Part shown: positions 27,414 through 37,121 of the stretch, one piece after another
Position numbering within the stretch: position 1 is the first letter of the stretch
Layout of the letters: each line of letters begins with the position of its first letter
Origin: Fimbriimonadales bacterium
GTDB lineage: Bacteria > Armatimonadota > Fimbriimonadia > Fimbriimonadales > JABRVX01
NCBI GenBank assembly: GCA_045862955.1
Contig: BTVI01000025.1
Location: forward strand, 1-46,595
Direction of reading: 5' to 3'
DNA: 46,595 bases
Made by a program: the position numbers and the translations under genes
Notes under the pieces: model-generated
The model's input: only the letters and a program-made list of their open reading frames with translations
Databases searched by the model: none
What the model was told of the DNA's origin: nothing

Positions 27414-28082
27414 TCAGTCGAGAATATGCACTTTGACCTTCTTGCGGCCGAAAGCCTTGGCCTGCCGATACGTCGGGAAGCAGAGGTCGATGTCGTAGCC
27501 ATCCACCTTCGCACCCACATCGGCAGCGATGGCATAGCCGTAGCCCTCGACATACAGCCGGGTGCCCAGCGGGATCACCTTCGGATCCACCGCGACGACG
27601 CCGTATTCGGCCTTGATGCCGGTCGCGGTGTAGCCGGTCGCGTACTTCCCACAGCTAGCCGGCCCAGGGTCATAGCCTGTTGCGTTCATCGTGAGCACTT
27701 TGCGGCCGGAGAAGGAGCCTCTCGAGGTCTTGTACCCTTCGACACCTACTAGATACAGCTCGCTTTGGGGAGGGGTGATGCTCTCGTACACCACCTCGTT
27801 TCTCACAACACCCTTGGGCCCGATGAGTCTGCAATAGAGCCTGACGATCCGTCCGGGCTTCCCCTCGCGGTACTTCTTGATGCTTCCGCGTGGGATGTTG
27901 GTGTCGCGAATGTACTCTTTGATGAAGGGGATCTCCTTGGCCTCCCAAAGTAAGACTTGCACTGGGTTCCCCTTCGGCTTCGGTTCTGTTTTCGTCCCGC
28001 TTCCGCTGTTCACCGCGGATTTCGCGCTTGCGAGAAGTAGCAGAGCCGCCACTCCCAAACCAACCACTGTCGTCAAACGCAT
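27414..28082 (-). CDS. Secreted G5 + 3D domain protein (YabE-like)
   Basis: Signal peptide; G5-like segment; ATGY...TATG, VAVDP.VIPLG, A.DVG, IDL; AAGGAGG RBS. Confidence 0.9.
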   Translation of the reverse strand: MRLTTVVGLGVAALLLLASAKSAVNSGSGTKTEPKPKGNPVQVLLWEAKEIPFIKEYIRDTNIPRGSIKKYREGKPGRIVRLYCRLIGPKGVVRNEVVYESITPPQSELYLVGVEGYKTSRGSFSGRKVLTMNATGYDPGPASCGKYATGYTATGIKAEYGVVAVDPKVIPLGTRLYVEGYGYAIAADVGAKVDGYDIDLCFPTYRQAKAFGRKKVKVHILD

Positions 28083-28120
28083 TGGGGACACCTCCTTATT
28101 GCGTTGGCGCAAGTTCGGCT

Positions 28121-28150
28121 AGCCTACCCCGTCGAAAGCGAGACTGTCAA
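28121..28150 (-). promoter_or_regulatory. Sigma-70-type promoter for the 3D protein-rsmA operon
   Basis: TTGACA-N18-TAGGCT. Confidence 0.55.
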
Positions 28151-28202
28151 ATCCACGAGACAGGACCGTTACTTTCGTACCCGTCCCTGCCTGGCTTCAG
28201 GC

Positions 28203-28313
28203 AAAAGAAAGCGCCCTGTCGCATAGCTTACGATAGGGCTCGAATGCGGTGGTGGATGGCATGTGGAGGGTGGCGTGGCCAACATGCCTCGGATGAGTAG
28301 TTTTTCGTATGCT
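28203..28313 (-). ncRNA. Candidate ~110-nt sigma-54-dependent small RNA
   Basis: Upstream -24/-12 promoter; hairpin GGCATGT/ACATGCC enclosing CCCTCC; terminator GCCCTATCG/CGACAGGGC followed by GCTTTCTTTT. Confidence 0.55.
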
Positions 28314-28323
28314 CTGGGGATGC

Positions 28324-28340
28324 AGCACACGGCGTGCCAA
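28324..28340 (-). promoter_or_regulatory. Sigma-54 (-24/-12) promoter
   Basis: TTGGCACGCCGTGTGCT: GG-N10-GC spacing, one mismatch to TGGCACG-N4-TTGC. Confidence 0.65.
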
Positions 28341-28675
28341 TTCGGAGGGGGCGGTTCGTCACACGTGCGCGATGCCTCCGCCCTGGCCAGCAGTGAGCGC
28401 CGAAGACCCCATCGGCTTTCTGCGTACCGTGTAGCGCTTCGCCTGCGATTCGAACGCGATCCCGTACTCCAGTCTGAAGGCTGGAATGCATCACTTATGC
28501 ACGGCGGGGCCGGTCACGCAAAGTCCGCACAGGAGGTCGCCGAGAACACAGAGGTGCGAGAGGAAAGCCTCCCTCGTCACGCAAGAAAACGGCCTCTGCA
28601 GAACCCCACAGAGGCGAGAACCGTTTGGGTGGTTGAGAGTAGACCTGATCGTCTCTCTTCGATTGGCGATGTCTG

Positions 28676-31045
28676 CTATTGGTCTGCCGTGCTACCTGCA
28701 AGATGCGTGCCGGATCGGCCCTCTCGCTCCAGCAATCCCACGGCAAGCAGGAAAGATTCCGTGCTCTCCGACCGAAGCAACCGCCGTATCCACGGGCTGG
28801 CATCGGATGCTTCGGCGAGGGCTTGCAGCGCGCCCACCTCGTCGCCCTGAGCGTACCGTTGGGCAGCTATTCGGTAAGCAGGCTCTTGACGCCGCCTGGC
28901 TCGAAGCGCTTGCAGAACCGCCGCGTCGCGGTCCATTCCCCGCAGTACCAACAGCTTGTACAGCTCGCGCTCGACCCCCAGCAGCCTAGCCCAACCGAGC
29001 ACGGCTCGTTGTCTTGCCATACCGGGCGCCATGCGCGCGACGACATCACCGATCGCGTCGAAGTCCCTCGTGTCACCGACAACGCCGAGGGCATAGGCCA
29101 TTTCCGCTGCGACCGAACCCTCCTCGTCTGGCAGGCGCCGCCTCAGGGTGTCGGCCGCATCGCGTATCCCCAGTGTGGCTACGGCCTCTGCAGCAACTAG
29201 GCGGATGCTGGCCTCGGTGGCCTCTAGTCCTCTTCGTATGGCCGCATGGCCCTCGGGCGATTGCGTGTTACCGAGAGCCCGCAGCGCCGTCCTGCGGAGG
29301 TCCGGGTCCTCGGTGTTGTCCGCCACTTCGCTCAGGGCCTGTACTGCGACCGGCCCGCCCGCACGGCCAAGTGCGCGAGCTGCGGCAAGCCGAAGCCCTG
29401 GGCTAGGACTCGTCAGCAGGCGCGAGATGGTCTCTACCCCCTCTTCGGTCCCGATGTCGGCCAGTGCGGAAACTACGTCTTCGTCGGCATACTCGGGATG
29501 CTCTCGCATGTGCTGTAGGATCAGTTCGGACGCTTTGGTTCCACCGATCTGGCTCAGGGCAGCGAGAGCCTTCTTGCGCACGGACGGCTCTGGGTCGTCC
29601 AGGGCTACTGCCAGTTCCTCGACGGCCATTTCCATCTTCGCCTGGCCGAGCTGCTCGATAGCGGCCTCGCGGCTTTGCTTGTCATGGCGAGTGCCCAACT
29701 TTCGCAGTGCCAGCACCCCGCTCGGGCGCACTGCCCCTAGCTGCGACATCACCTCTCGCACCCGTGTCGCCCTGGGGTCACTAATCAGGAAGGCTGAGAA
29801 GAAGACCCCCATGCGCATCACCACGGTGATGAGGAAAATGGTCTCGTAGCGGAACTCGTCCAGGTAGATCCCTTTCATGGACTGCATGAGCGCTCCAGCC
29901 AACGCGGGGGCGATACCCATCGCCAGGGCGTTGACCGTGGACACCGCTCCCACGGCGACCGTTTGATGCTCCTTCGGCGCCGCCTCGATCATCAGTTTGG
30001 TGTGGGCGATACCGACACCCGCCCAGAACACCCCTCCCAAGACGTGCGCGATGAAAAGGTAGATGTAGGAGAGCTGCGGGTGATCCGGACTGCACGCGAC
30101 CCAGAAGAGCAGCAGCGGCGTGATGCCTGCGCAAGAGATGATTAGGATCGGCTTGCTGCCGAATCGGTCGCTGAGAAACCCCCACAGCTTCGTCGAAGAG
30201 ATGGATGCTAACGACGTCACCGTGCCGATCACCTGGATCATGGTGAAGGACATCTTGAGTTGCTTCAGCATGTAGTCGGCGAAGAACGCCGAGGGGAACC
30301 CAACTGCGAACGCGAACGCCAACGAGAATAGGATTACGCTGCGGTAATTGCGATCCAGAAACGCCGATCGGACGGACTCGGTGGCTTCGCGCAGGGTTCG
30401 CTTCACCTTGGTGGCACGCGGCGGCTCGGGAATACGCGCAAAGAAGTAGAAGGACATCAGGCTGGCGAGCGTTCCGATGCCGAAAGTAACCCCGTAACCG
30501 ACGGACGGTCCCTTCTCGCGGATGACCGTATCTACCAGTAGACCGGCGGGAATGGAAACCAACACTGCTACCCAGCCGCAGATGGCAGTTCTACGACCGA
30601 AGAACCACCCACGGTGTTTCTCGGACACCAGATCACCCAGCCACGCGAGGAACGTGGAGTTGATCAGTGTAACCGACAGCGCGGCCAACGTCATAAAGAC
30701 CATGAGCAACGCGCCGCGCGGAAAGTGCGCCGGCAGGAAGGGCAGAACGGCTATGCATGCCCAGAAGACCCTGTGCGCAAAGGCCATCGGTATGCAGAGC
30801 GTCCGCCTGCTGGGAAACATGTCGGCCCATATCGAGCCCGGCACGTGAAACAGGCCGACTAGCGCGGGCATAGAGATCAGAACGCCGAGCCAGAAGTCAT
30901 TGAGGCCTAGATATCGGGCGAAGCCGATGACGAACGCACCGGTGGAGAAGGCGATGAAGGCGGTATATAGCCCGGCATCCAGATTCGCCATCCGGATACC
31001 GCGCAGCACGTCGTGACGGTTGAGCGGCTGCGGCTCTGCGGACAC
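28676..31045 (-). CDS. MFS transporter fused to a HEAT (PBS-lyase-like) repeat domain
   Basis: About 12 TM helices with WGFLSDRFGSK motif A; then repeated L.D....VR..A..AL..IG units. Confidence 0.85.
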   Translation of the reverse strand: MSAEPQPLNRHDVLRGIRMANLDAGLYTAFIAFSTGAFVIGFARYLGLNDFWLGVLISMPALVGLFHVPGSIWADMFPSRRTLCIPMAFAHRVFWACIAVLPFLPAHFPRGALLMVFMTLAALSVTLINSTFLAWLGDLVSEKHRGWFFGRRTAICGWVAVLVSIPAGLLVDTVIREKGPSVGYGVTFGIGTLASLMSFYFFARIPEPPRATKVKRTLREATESVRSAFLDRNYRSVILFSLAFAFAVGFPSAFFADYMLKQLKMSFTMIQVIGTVTSLASISSTKLWGFLSDRFGSKPILIISCAGITPLLLFWVACSPDHPQLSYIYLFIAHVLGGVFWAGVGIAHTKLMIEAAPKEHQTVAVGAVSTVNALAMGIAPALAGALMQSMKGIYLDEFRYETIFLITVVMRMGVFFSAFLISDPRATRVREVMSQLGAVRPSGVLALRKLGTRHDKQSREAAIEQLGQAKMEMAVEELAVALDDPEPSVRKKALAALSQIGGTKASELILQHMREHPEYADEDVVSALADIGTEEGVETISRLLTSPSPGLRLAAARALGRAGGPVAVQALSEVADNTEDPDLRRTALRALGNTQSPEGHAAIRRGLEATEASIRLVAAEAVATLGIRDAADTLRRRLPDEEGSVAAEMAYALGVVGDTRDFDAIGDVVARMAPGMARQRAVLGWARLLGVERELYKLLVLRGMDRDAAVLQALRARRRQEPAYRIAAQRYAQGDEVGALQALAEASDASPWIRRLLRSESTESFLLAVGLLEREGRSGTHLAGSTADQ

Positions 31046-31060
31046 CGGCGAAGTCTAGCA

Positions 31061-32101
31061 TCAGAAGTAGTCGCAAGGGTATAGGCTGAAGATGCGCTTT
31101 GGCGGAAAGAGACCATGTGACCTAAGAGGTTCGCTCTCCACGCCGCAGAAGAGCGCGCGGGTGAGAGTGCTGATGGGAGTTCTCTCTCTGGCCGCGTCGG
31201 TCTGGACCACGGCTCCATTCGAGAAACGAAGGGGGGCCGTGTTACGCACGATGATGTCGTCGTCGGCTGCCACCAAGCCACTAGCGTGAGGGCGAAAGCG
31301 TGCCAGGCACCGTATCGCTTCTGGTAGGTCGAGGATGCGTGCCATGAAGTGATCCTCATATACCGGTGGCGCGAGCAAGTCGTAGCCGGCTCCAATCCAT
31401 CCGTCGAGGTCTTCGGCTCTCCCGGTGACCGAGATGGTCTGGTCGTCGAACAGAACGGGCGGGACTGCCTCTGGGACCGGGGGCATAACCTCCTTCACCG
31501 CCACGGCGCCAGGCTCTTCGGACAGGACTGCATAGCCGGCCGGCGGGTCGCCGAACAGCGCTATCTTCGGGTTCTGCCAGAGGATGTAATGCCATCGCTC
31601 ATCGCCCCGGAGCAAGGCTCCCAGTCGGTGTCCGCCGTACAGGTGGTAGAGACGAGCGAGCACCGGCGCGTCGCTCCATGATGCCCAAAGCAGGGGTCCC
31701 CCTGCGCGCGAGCGGGCAGGCTTCAGATTGGCACGGACTCTCCCGCCTACCATAACGAAGCCGAGACGCTCATAGATTGGCCTGCGGTTCGGTACGAGTG
31801 CAGCGGCGACATAGCCCATGTCTGGCAATGCAACTAACAGATCGCGCAGCAGCCTGCTCGCATATCCCCTGCCCTGCTGCGATGGGTCGGTGGCGACGCC
31901 TGCGATGCCAGCGCATCGCATGTACCAACCACCCATCTGCATCTCCAAGGGTATCACCGTGGCAGTAGAGACAGGTCGATCTCCGTCGAAAAGCAACCAC
32001 TTGTGGGACAGGTCGAAGAATGGGTCAGCGAAGAAAATGGGCTCTGCCGCCTGCCGGTCCACGTTGAAGGCCTTGCAGATGAGGTCTAGCACGGCGTGCA
32101 C
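31061..32101 (-). CDS. Eis-like GNAT acetyltransferase (start uncertain)
   Basis: AGIAGVATDP..QGRGYAS.L, IYERLGF, M.RI.D; C-terminal ...DYF. Confidence 0.8.
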   Translation of the reverse strand: MHAVLDLICKAFNVDRQAAEPIFFADPFFDLSHKWLLFDGDRPVSTATVIPLEMQMGGWYMRCAGIAGVATDPSQQGRGYASRLLRDLLVALPDMGYVAAALVPNRRPIYERLGFVMVGGRVRANLKPARSRAGGPLLWASWSDAPVLARLYHLYGGHRLGALLRGDERWHYILWQNPKIALFGDPPAGYAVLSEEPGAVAVKEVMPPVPEAVPPVLFDDQTISVTGRAEDLDGWIGAGYDLLAPPVYEDHFMARILDLPEAIRCLARFRPHASGLVAADDDIIVRNTAPLRFSNGAVVQTDAARERTPISTLTRALFCGVESEPLRSHGLFPPKRIFSLYPCDYF

Positions 32102-32142
32102 GGTGCCGGTCGTCGCGGGACGCGACTCGAGTCGAGAAGCGG

Positions 32143-33090
32143 CTATTCGGCACCCTCCGTCTGCTCGACGTCCACGCGGACCTCGACCGTGCTGGAGTCC
32201 AGGATGGTTACACCGATCGGTGTCGCGATGGGGACGGTCACCGTGCGACTGGATGTGATCCCCCAAAGGTCTATAGGCTCCGTGGCTAGCTCGTCCAGTT
32301 TTGCGAGTGCTACTCCCGGTCCGCGCACCAACGCCTGGCCAGGGGTGATGCGGAACCCTGTAAGCCGGTAGCCGAAGGGCAGCCGTCCCTTCCAACGCGG
32401 ACTCACTGCCACACGTTTGGTTCGCAGCTCGGTGGAGGCGGGGAGCACGCGCCCCTTCGCCGGTGAGACCGTTAGATCGCCACGCACCATGGCACCAGAG
32501 CGCGAGACCAACTCGATCGGACGCAGTTCCGCAGGACCCGTGGGGTCGGTCGGGTCGAAGAGGATCCTTGCGCGAGCAACGCGGTCCACATCGCGCTCGT
32601 TGCCAGAGACGATCACTTGCTCTGGCTCGGCGATCCAGTCACTCAGATCGACCCCGGCAGGCATTGGCTTGGTCGGTACCACCTCTACTGGTACCGTTCT
32701 ATCCGTCTCGGCTACCAGCGTCACGTCCACTCTTCGGCGATCCACCTGCCAAGTAAGGTTCTCCAGCAGGTCCGGCGGAATGGAGAGGGAGATGGCATAA
32801 GAGGCGGTACCACGCCTCCCGTTGCCGAGGGGAACGGAAACCTTGACGCTGTCGAGGTCAGAAGCGGTGATAGCATCTACGCTCGCTCGGTCGCCGGTAA
32901 CGGTCAACCGAACCGTGACATCATCACCGTGTACGACCTTCAGACCTTTCGGGACGTTTTCGTATTCCACGCGCTTGGTCAGCGACATTTGCCTGTTAGG
33001 CGTCTGTGCCCTATCCACGGTATAGAACAGCAGGAACGTCAGTGCTATGGCCATCAGCTTCTCGGCCAGGTTATGCCTGAGGAATCTCAC
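32143..33090 (-). CDS. cdaR: YbbR-domain protein, CdaA regulator
   Basis: N-terminal TM followed by three YbbR-like repeats (P..V.V.G); overlaps cdaA. Confidence 0.85.
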   Translation of the reverse strand: MRFLRHNLAEKLMAIALTFLLFYTVDRAQTPNRQMSLTKRVEYENVPKGLKVVHGDDVTVRLTVTGDRASVDAITASDLDSVKVSVPLGNGRRGTASYAISLSIPPDLLENLTWQVDRRRVDVTLVAETDRTVPVEVVPTKPMPAGVDLSDWIAEPEQVIVSGNERDVDRVARARILFDPTDPTGPAELRPIELVSRSGAMVRGDLTVSPAKGRVLPASTELRTKRVAVSPRWKGRLPFGYRLTGFRITPGQALVRGPGVALAKLDELATEPIDLWGITSSRTVTVPIATPIGVTILDSSTVEVRVDVEQTEGAE

Positions 33091-33943
33091 TTTGGGCTCC
33101 TTTCCTCAGCCACTTGCGACGTGCGGCCTGCAAGCGCACGCCTAACAGTGATGACACCTTACCGGCCGGCACTAGGTGCGCCAGTAAGTAGGTGCGGAGC
33201 GCGGCGATCGGCAGCCCACTCTGCATCTCCCCGTGCTGGGCAACCGAGATCCGGCCCGTTTCTTCGGACACCACGATGGACACTGCGTCGGTGCGCTCGG
33301 TAACCCCGATAGCAGCGCGGTGCCGCATGTGGTACTCGGGGTGTGGGTGGCTCTCCGGCATGGGCAGCTCGCAGGCCGCAGCCACGATCCGGGCGCCCCG
33401 TATAACCACCGCCCCGTCGTGTAGCGGATTGCCAGAGAAAAAGAGGCTGGCGATCGCCGGGGCGGACACCTTGGCATCGAGGGCCACACCGGTCTTGACG
33501 ACATCCGTGAGCTGGCTGGTGCGCTCCACGACGATCAGCGCACCCACGCGGTTCTTAGACATCTCGGCGGTGGCGGATACGATCTCCTCGACCACCTCCG
33601 CAGGCGTCTCAGTGCCGCTAAAAAGATGGCTTCCGGTCCACGGGCCGACGCTTCCGAACTGCTCGAGCGCTTGGCGAAGCTCTGGGAAGAACAGCACGAC
33701 TAGCGCCAGACCACCGACGACCGTAGCCTTCTCCAGGATGTAATGCAGGGTCGTCATCTCCAGGTAGGCGCTGAGTCCGTAGACGATGGCGAAGATCAGC
33801 AACCCCCCCATGATAGGCCAGGCCCGGGTGCCGCGAACGAGAAGCAGGAGGCGATAGATGACGTACCAGACAATCAGAAACTCCACGGCTCGCAGCAGCG
33901 ACCGCGTCCCAAGCCCCGTGATTGCTTCCCAGAACTCCTGCAA
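33071..33943 (-). CDS. cdaA: Diadenylate cyclase
   Basis: Three TM helices, F.PELR.ALE, GALIV.ER, LHDGA, RHRAA, VSEETG; TTG after GGAGG. Confidence 0.95.
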   Translation of the reverse strand: MQEFWEAITGLGTRSLLRAVEFLIVWYVIYRLLLLVRGTRAWPIMGGLLIFAIVYGLSAYLEMTTLHYILEKATVVGGLALVVLFFPELRQALEQFGSVGPWTGSHLFSGTETPAEVVEEIVSATAEMSKNRVGALIVVERTSQLTDVVKTGVALDAKVSAPAIASLFFSGNPLHDGAVVIRGARIVAAACELPMPESHPHPEYHMRHRAAIGVTERTDAVSIVVSEETGRISVAQHGEMQSGLPIAALRTYLLAHLVPAGKVSSLLGVRLQAARRKWLRKGAQSEIPQA

Positions 33944-34079
33944 ACCGCGCCTCCAATGCGCACCCTCGACCCATCCCGCCGCACCTGCGACGGATCGCCA
34001 GACGACGGTCTCCGGATGACTGCAAGTATATCCCGCACTAGGTTCGGATAGGGTGGGCGATGATGCGGCTTCGGATGGC

Positions 34080-34111
34080 AAAAAAAAGGCACACCAGCCA
34101 ACCGGTATGCC
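34080..34111 (-). terminator. Intrinsic terminator between jag and cdaA
   Basis: GGCATACCGG-TTGG-CTGGTGTGCC followed by T8. Confidence 0.85.
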
Positions 34112-34251
34112 GAGCACAGTTAGAGGTCGGGAAGAGCGAGGGGTCAACCTCACTCGCTGTGTCCCAATGTAGAACGCACCCTCTTTATAACCCGACTATA
34201 GCCTGCTCGCTAGCGGCAACTTTGCGAGCTTTGCTCGCCCGGTTCCCGCGA

Positions 34252-35088
34252 TTAGCCGCCGGAGAGGCTGCGTGGCGAGATTACGACGCGCCGATCCGGC
34301 TCCAGACCCTCGCTGTACGTGGTCACGGCCTGCTGGTCCCGCAGCACCCTGTGCACGATTCGGCGCTCATGGGCAGGCAGAGGCTCCAGCTCGGCCTCTT
34401 CCAAAGTCTGTGCCACCTGCTCGGCTAGCTCCAGTGCCAGCTTCCGAAGAGTCAGCGCACGCTTGGTGCGGTAACCATCGCCGTCCAGCACGAGACGCAC
34501 TCCAGCGTGCTCTTTGCAGAAAATGACGTTCGCCAAGTACTGGAGGGAATCGATGACCACTCCCTTGCGCCCGATCAGGTGCGGCACGTCAGGCCCCGAC
34601 AAGTTCAAGTGGATGTAGCGGCCCTCGGTCTTCAGGTGGCTGACCTGCACCTGCATCTCCGCAGCTTGGACGATGGCGCTGAGCAGCTCGACGGCCTCGT
34701 CCACGGCGGAATCCGGTATGGAGACGGGGGGCGCATCCTCGTCTGGGCCCAGTGCTACAGCAAGGAGTTCCTGAATCTCGGCATCGGTAGCAGGTGGCGG
34801 CTCCGACTTCTTGATTGCGGGCGCAGTCGGCTCGGGGGTGACCTTCGGCTCGCTGGGTCGGCGCGGCTCAGGGGTTTTGGGTGACGGGACGGCGGCTGTA
34901 GCAGTCTCCTTGGGGCGGGCACCGCCCACTGTCGCCTTGACGCGCTTGTGCACGAAGTTGAACAGACCCTTCTTGTCAGGTAACTCCTCGAAAACGACCT
35001 GTGATGGGTCGGTGACGCCGAGCAACTTCATCGCGGCGTTCTTCGCCTCTTCCAGGGTCTTGCCCGATGCTTCGACTGTTCGCTCCAC
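34252..35088 (-). CDS. jag: Jag/EloR (KhpB) RNA-binding protein
   Basis: Jag_N (GKT.EEA), KH (LIGRKG..IDSLQY), R3H (ERRIVH). Confidence 0.93.
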   Translation of the reverse strand: MERTVEASGKTLEEAKNAAMKLLGVTDPSQVVFEELPDKKGLFNFVHKRVKATVGGARPKETATAAVPSPKTPEPRRPSEPKVTPEPTAPAIKKSEPPPATDAEIQELLAVALGPDEDAPPVSIPDSAVDEAVELLSAIVQAAEMQVQVSHLKTEGRYIHLNLSGPDVPHLIGRKGVVIDSLQYLANVIFCKEHAGVRLVLDGDGYRTKRALTLRKLALELAEQVAQTLEEAELEPLPAHERRIVHRVLRDQQAVTTYSEGLEPDRRVVISPRSLSGG

Positions 35089-35111
35089 GAGAACCCTCCA
35101 ACCGGGCGGTT

Positions 35112-36311
35112 CTAGCGCCGCCTCTTCTTGTGCTGCTTGGGCACTCCCGTGCCCTTCCCGCCCCCTACGACTTCCGGCAACTCGAATGCCGGCACCGGCA
35201 TAGGCTGCTTATTGACCCACACCTGCTGTGCGGTGCTAAGGATGTTGAACGCGAGCCAGTAGAGCAGAAACGCGCTCGGCAGCCTCCAGAAGTACATCAT
35301 TACCAGAAAGACTACGCTGAATACCAGGGCAGTAACCTTCTGCTGTTTCTCTTGCGTCTTGTCCGTCACCATCATGCGCTGCGTGAGGTACATGCTGAAC
35401 GCATAGAGGATTAGCAGCAGGTTGTCGTGACTGCCTAGGTTGGGCCCCACCAGCCCGCCCGTCGCCTTCGAGATCGTCGGGTTGATCCAAAGGAACGTGC
35501 CCTGCTCGAACTCGAACCGATAGGCCCGCATGACGTGGTACACCCAGATCATGAAGGGGAGCGGGAGGAACATGGCGAGACAACCAGAGAACTGGTTGAC
35601 CCCATGTTGCCGGAACACCTCCTGCTGCTTCTCGAGCAGTTCCCTGCCCTCGTACCGTTCCTTCAGCTTCTCCAAGACCGGCTGCAGTGCGCGCATCTGG
35701 CGCATCATCCTGAAGCTCGACTGCGCAAACGGATAGGTCAACGCGCGGACCACGATGGCGATCACTAGAGTCGCGAAGGCGTAGGAGAACCACGGAATGC
35801 GCCCGGTCGCACGCACCACCCCGTCTATGAACTGGTACCCGACTCCGATTCCCCAGTTCGGCTCCGCACGATAGCGGCGATTCAGCTCCGCGTGCAGTTC
35901 CTCCAGCTTGCCTTTGGGCACCAGGCGCTCGTACTGCTCGGGCATCGCGTTCTTGAACTTGGTGTATTCCTGCTCGGCCAAGTCCAGGTAGTGGTTCCGC
36001 TTCGGGAGGTCTTTCAGGTTGCCCTTGTCCTCGAGGACCCGAGCGTACATGGACCAAGCCTCGGCGCGCTCCTTGCTTTCCGGGTGGTGCCGAGCCAAGC
36101 TGTCGAGCTGCTGTTTGATGACGAGATCGTCCGGGGCGGGCTTGGCGAACTCCTTTTGAACCGCCGTGAGCATTTCCTGCGCCGAGCGGGTCTCCTGCTG
36201 AGGCTGCTGGCGCCCTCCCACCAAGAGGGTGATGCCGAGATAGGCGACGATGAAGAAGAGCAGCATCGTCATCCAGTTGGGACCTTGTTGCTGTGGCCTT
36301 TGGCTCATCAT
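35112..36311 (-). CDS. yidC: Membrane protein insertase YidC
   Basis: VR.L..P, LQP.L..LK.RY, GVN..SGCL, FLWI, LYW...N; position in the rpmH operon. Confidence 0.92.
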   Translation of the reverse strand: MMSQRPQQQGPNWMTMLLFFIVAYLGITLLVGGRQQPQQETRSAQEMLTAVQKEFAKPAPDDLVIKQQLDSLARHHPESKERAEAWSMYARVLEDKGNLKDLPKRNHYLDLAEQEYTKFKNAMPEQYERLVPKGKLEELHAELNRRYRAEPNWGIGVGYQFIDGVVRATGRIPWFSYAFATLVIAIVVRALTYPFAQSSFRMMRQMRALQPVLEKLKERYEGRELLEKQQEVFRQHGVNQFSGCLAMFLPLPFMIWVYHVMRAYRFEFEQGTFLWINPTISKATGGLVGPNLGSHDNLLLILYAFSMYLTQRMMVTDKTQEKQQKVTALVFSVVFLVMMYFWRLPSAFLLYWLAFNILSTAQQVWVNKQPMPVPAFELPEVVGGGKGTGVPKQHKKRRR

Positions 36312-36323
36312 TCGACGACCGCC

Positions 36324-36539
36324 TCAGGGGACGGGGTCGTATCCTCCTTTGCCGAACGGGTGACAGCGCAGAATCCTGCGCAGTGCGAGATAGAGGCCCT
36401 TCCAAGCCCCATGCTTCTGGATGGCCTGCGCTGCGTACTCCGAACACGTCGGGCTGAAGATGCAGACGGGTGGCGTGAACCGGGAGACCTTCTGGTAACC
36501 CCGGATTGCAGAGGTGAGTGCTCGCTGGGCGAGGGTCAT
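36324..36539 (-). CDS. yidD: Membrane protein insertion efficiency factor
   Basis: [25 protein letters not shown]. Confidence 0.95.
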   Translation of the reverse strand: MTLAQRALTSAIRGYQKVSRFTPPVCIFSPTCSEYAAQAIQKHGAWKGLYLALRRILRCHPFGKGGYDPVP

Positions 36540-36880
36540 TCGCTTAATGCCCCCATCCGTCTCAGCAGGTCCTCTACCCCCGAGTCGATCTGCTCGAAGT
36601 CCGTCACGAGAATGGCCGGGCGCAGCACGAAGATCAGGTCCACCCCTGCTGCAATCTTGCTCAGGCGCTTTTCGAGCGCCGCCCTCACGCGCCGTTTCCA
36701 CAGCACCCTCCTGGCCAATTTGCCCAACCTCCGACTGGCAACGACCCCGATGCGCGGCCCCTCGTCATCCGCACGCCGGAGGACGTGAAGGGTAAGGATC
36801 GGGGAATGCGCGAACCGGCCTTCCGCATAAACCTTCGCGAAATCCGCCCGCTTCCGCAGACGAGCGTGCCGGGGAAGCAC
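36536..36880 (-). CDS. rnpA: Ribonuclease P protein component
   Basis: RL....DF..VY, RIGVV.S, KR.VR; synteny. The RNR motif is divergent. Confidence 0.88.
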   Translation of the reverse strand: MLPRHARLRKRADFAKVYAEGRFAHSPILTLHVLRRADDEGPRIGVVASRRLGKLARRVLWKRRVRAALEKRLSKIAAGVDLIFVLRPAILVTDFEQIDSGVEDLLRRMGALSE

Positions 36881-36888
36881 AATGTCGC

Positions 36889-37047
36889 TTACTTGACGAG
36901 CTTCTTCTTGCGCACGACGGCGATCTCGTGCCGGCCTTTACGGCGCCGCGCCTTCAGGACGCTCTGCCCGTCTTTGGTGCGCATTCGCACCATGAAGCCG
37001 TGCGTGCGATGTCGGTGTCGGTTGTTCGGTTGGTACGTTCGCTTCAT
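36889..37047 (-). CDS. rpmH: 50S ribosomal protein L34 (missing from the ORF track)
   Basis: [52 protein letters not shown]. Confidence 0.97.
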   Translation of the reverse strand: MKRTYQPNNRHRHRTHGFMVRMRTKDGQSVLKARRRKGRHEIAVVRKKKLVK

Positions 37048-37121
37048 ATTCCGCCCTTGCTTGCCCGCGCATTATACCCGTCCACCCAGCGGCGCGTTGC
37101 GAGGGCGCAGAGGGAGGAAGG

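Noticed and set aside
28083..28200. c-di-AMP (ydaO) riboswitch before the 3D gene
   Set aside because: Predicted leader is too short and the conserved motifs are absent
28263..28850. 195-aa plus-strand ORF
   Set aside because: Ser/Arg-rich, no motif, overlaps the MFS gene antisense; its GGAGG is better explained as the complement of the sRNA loop, though not excluded
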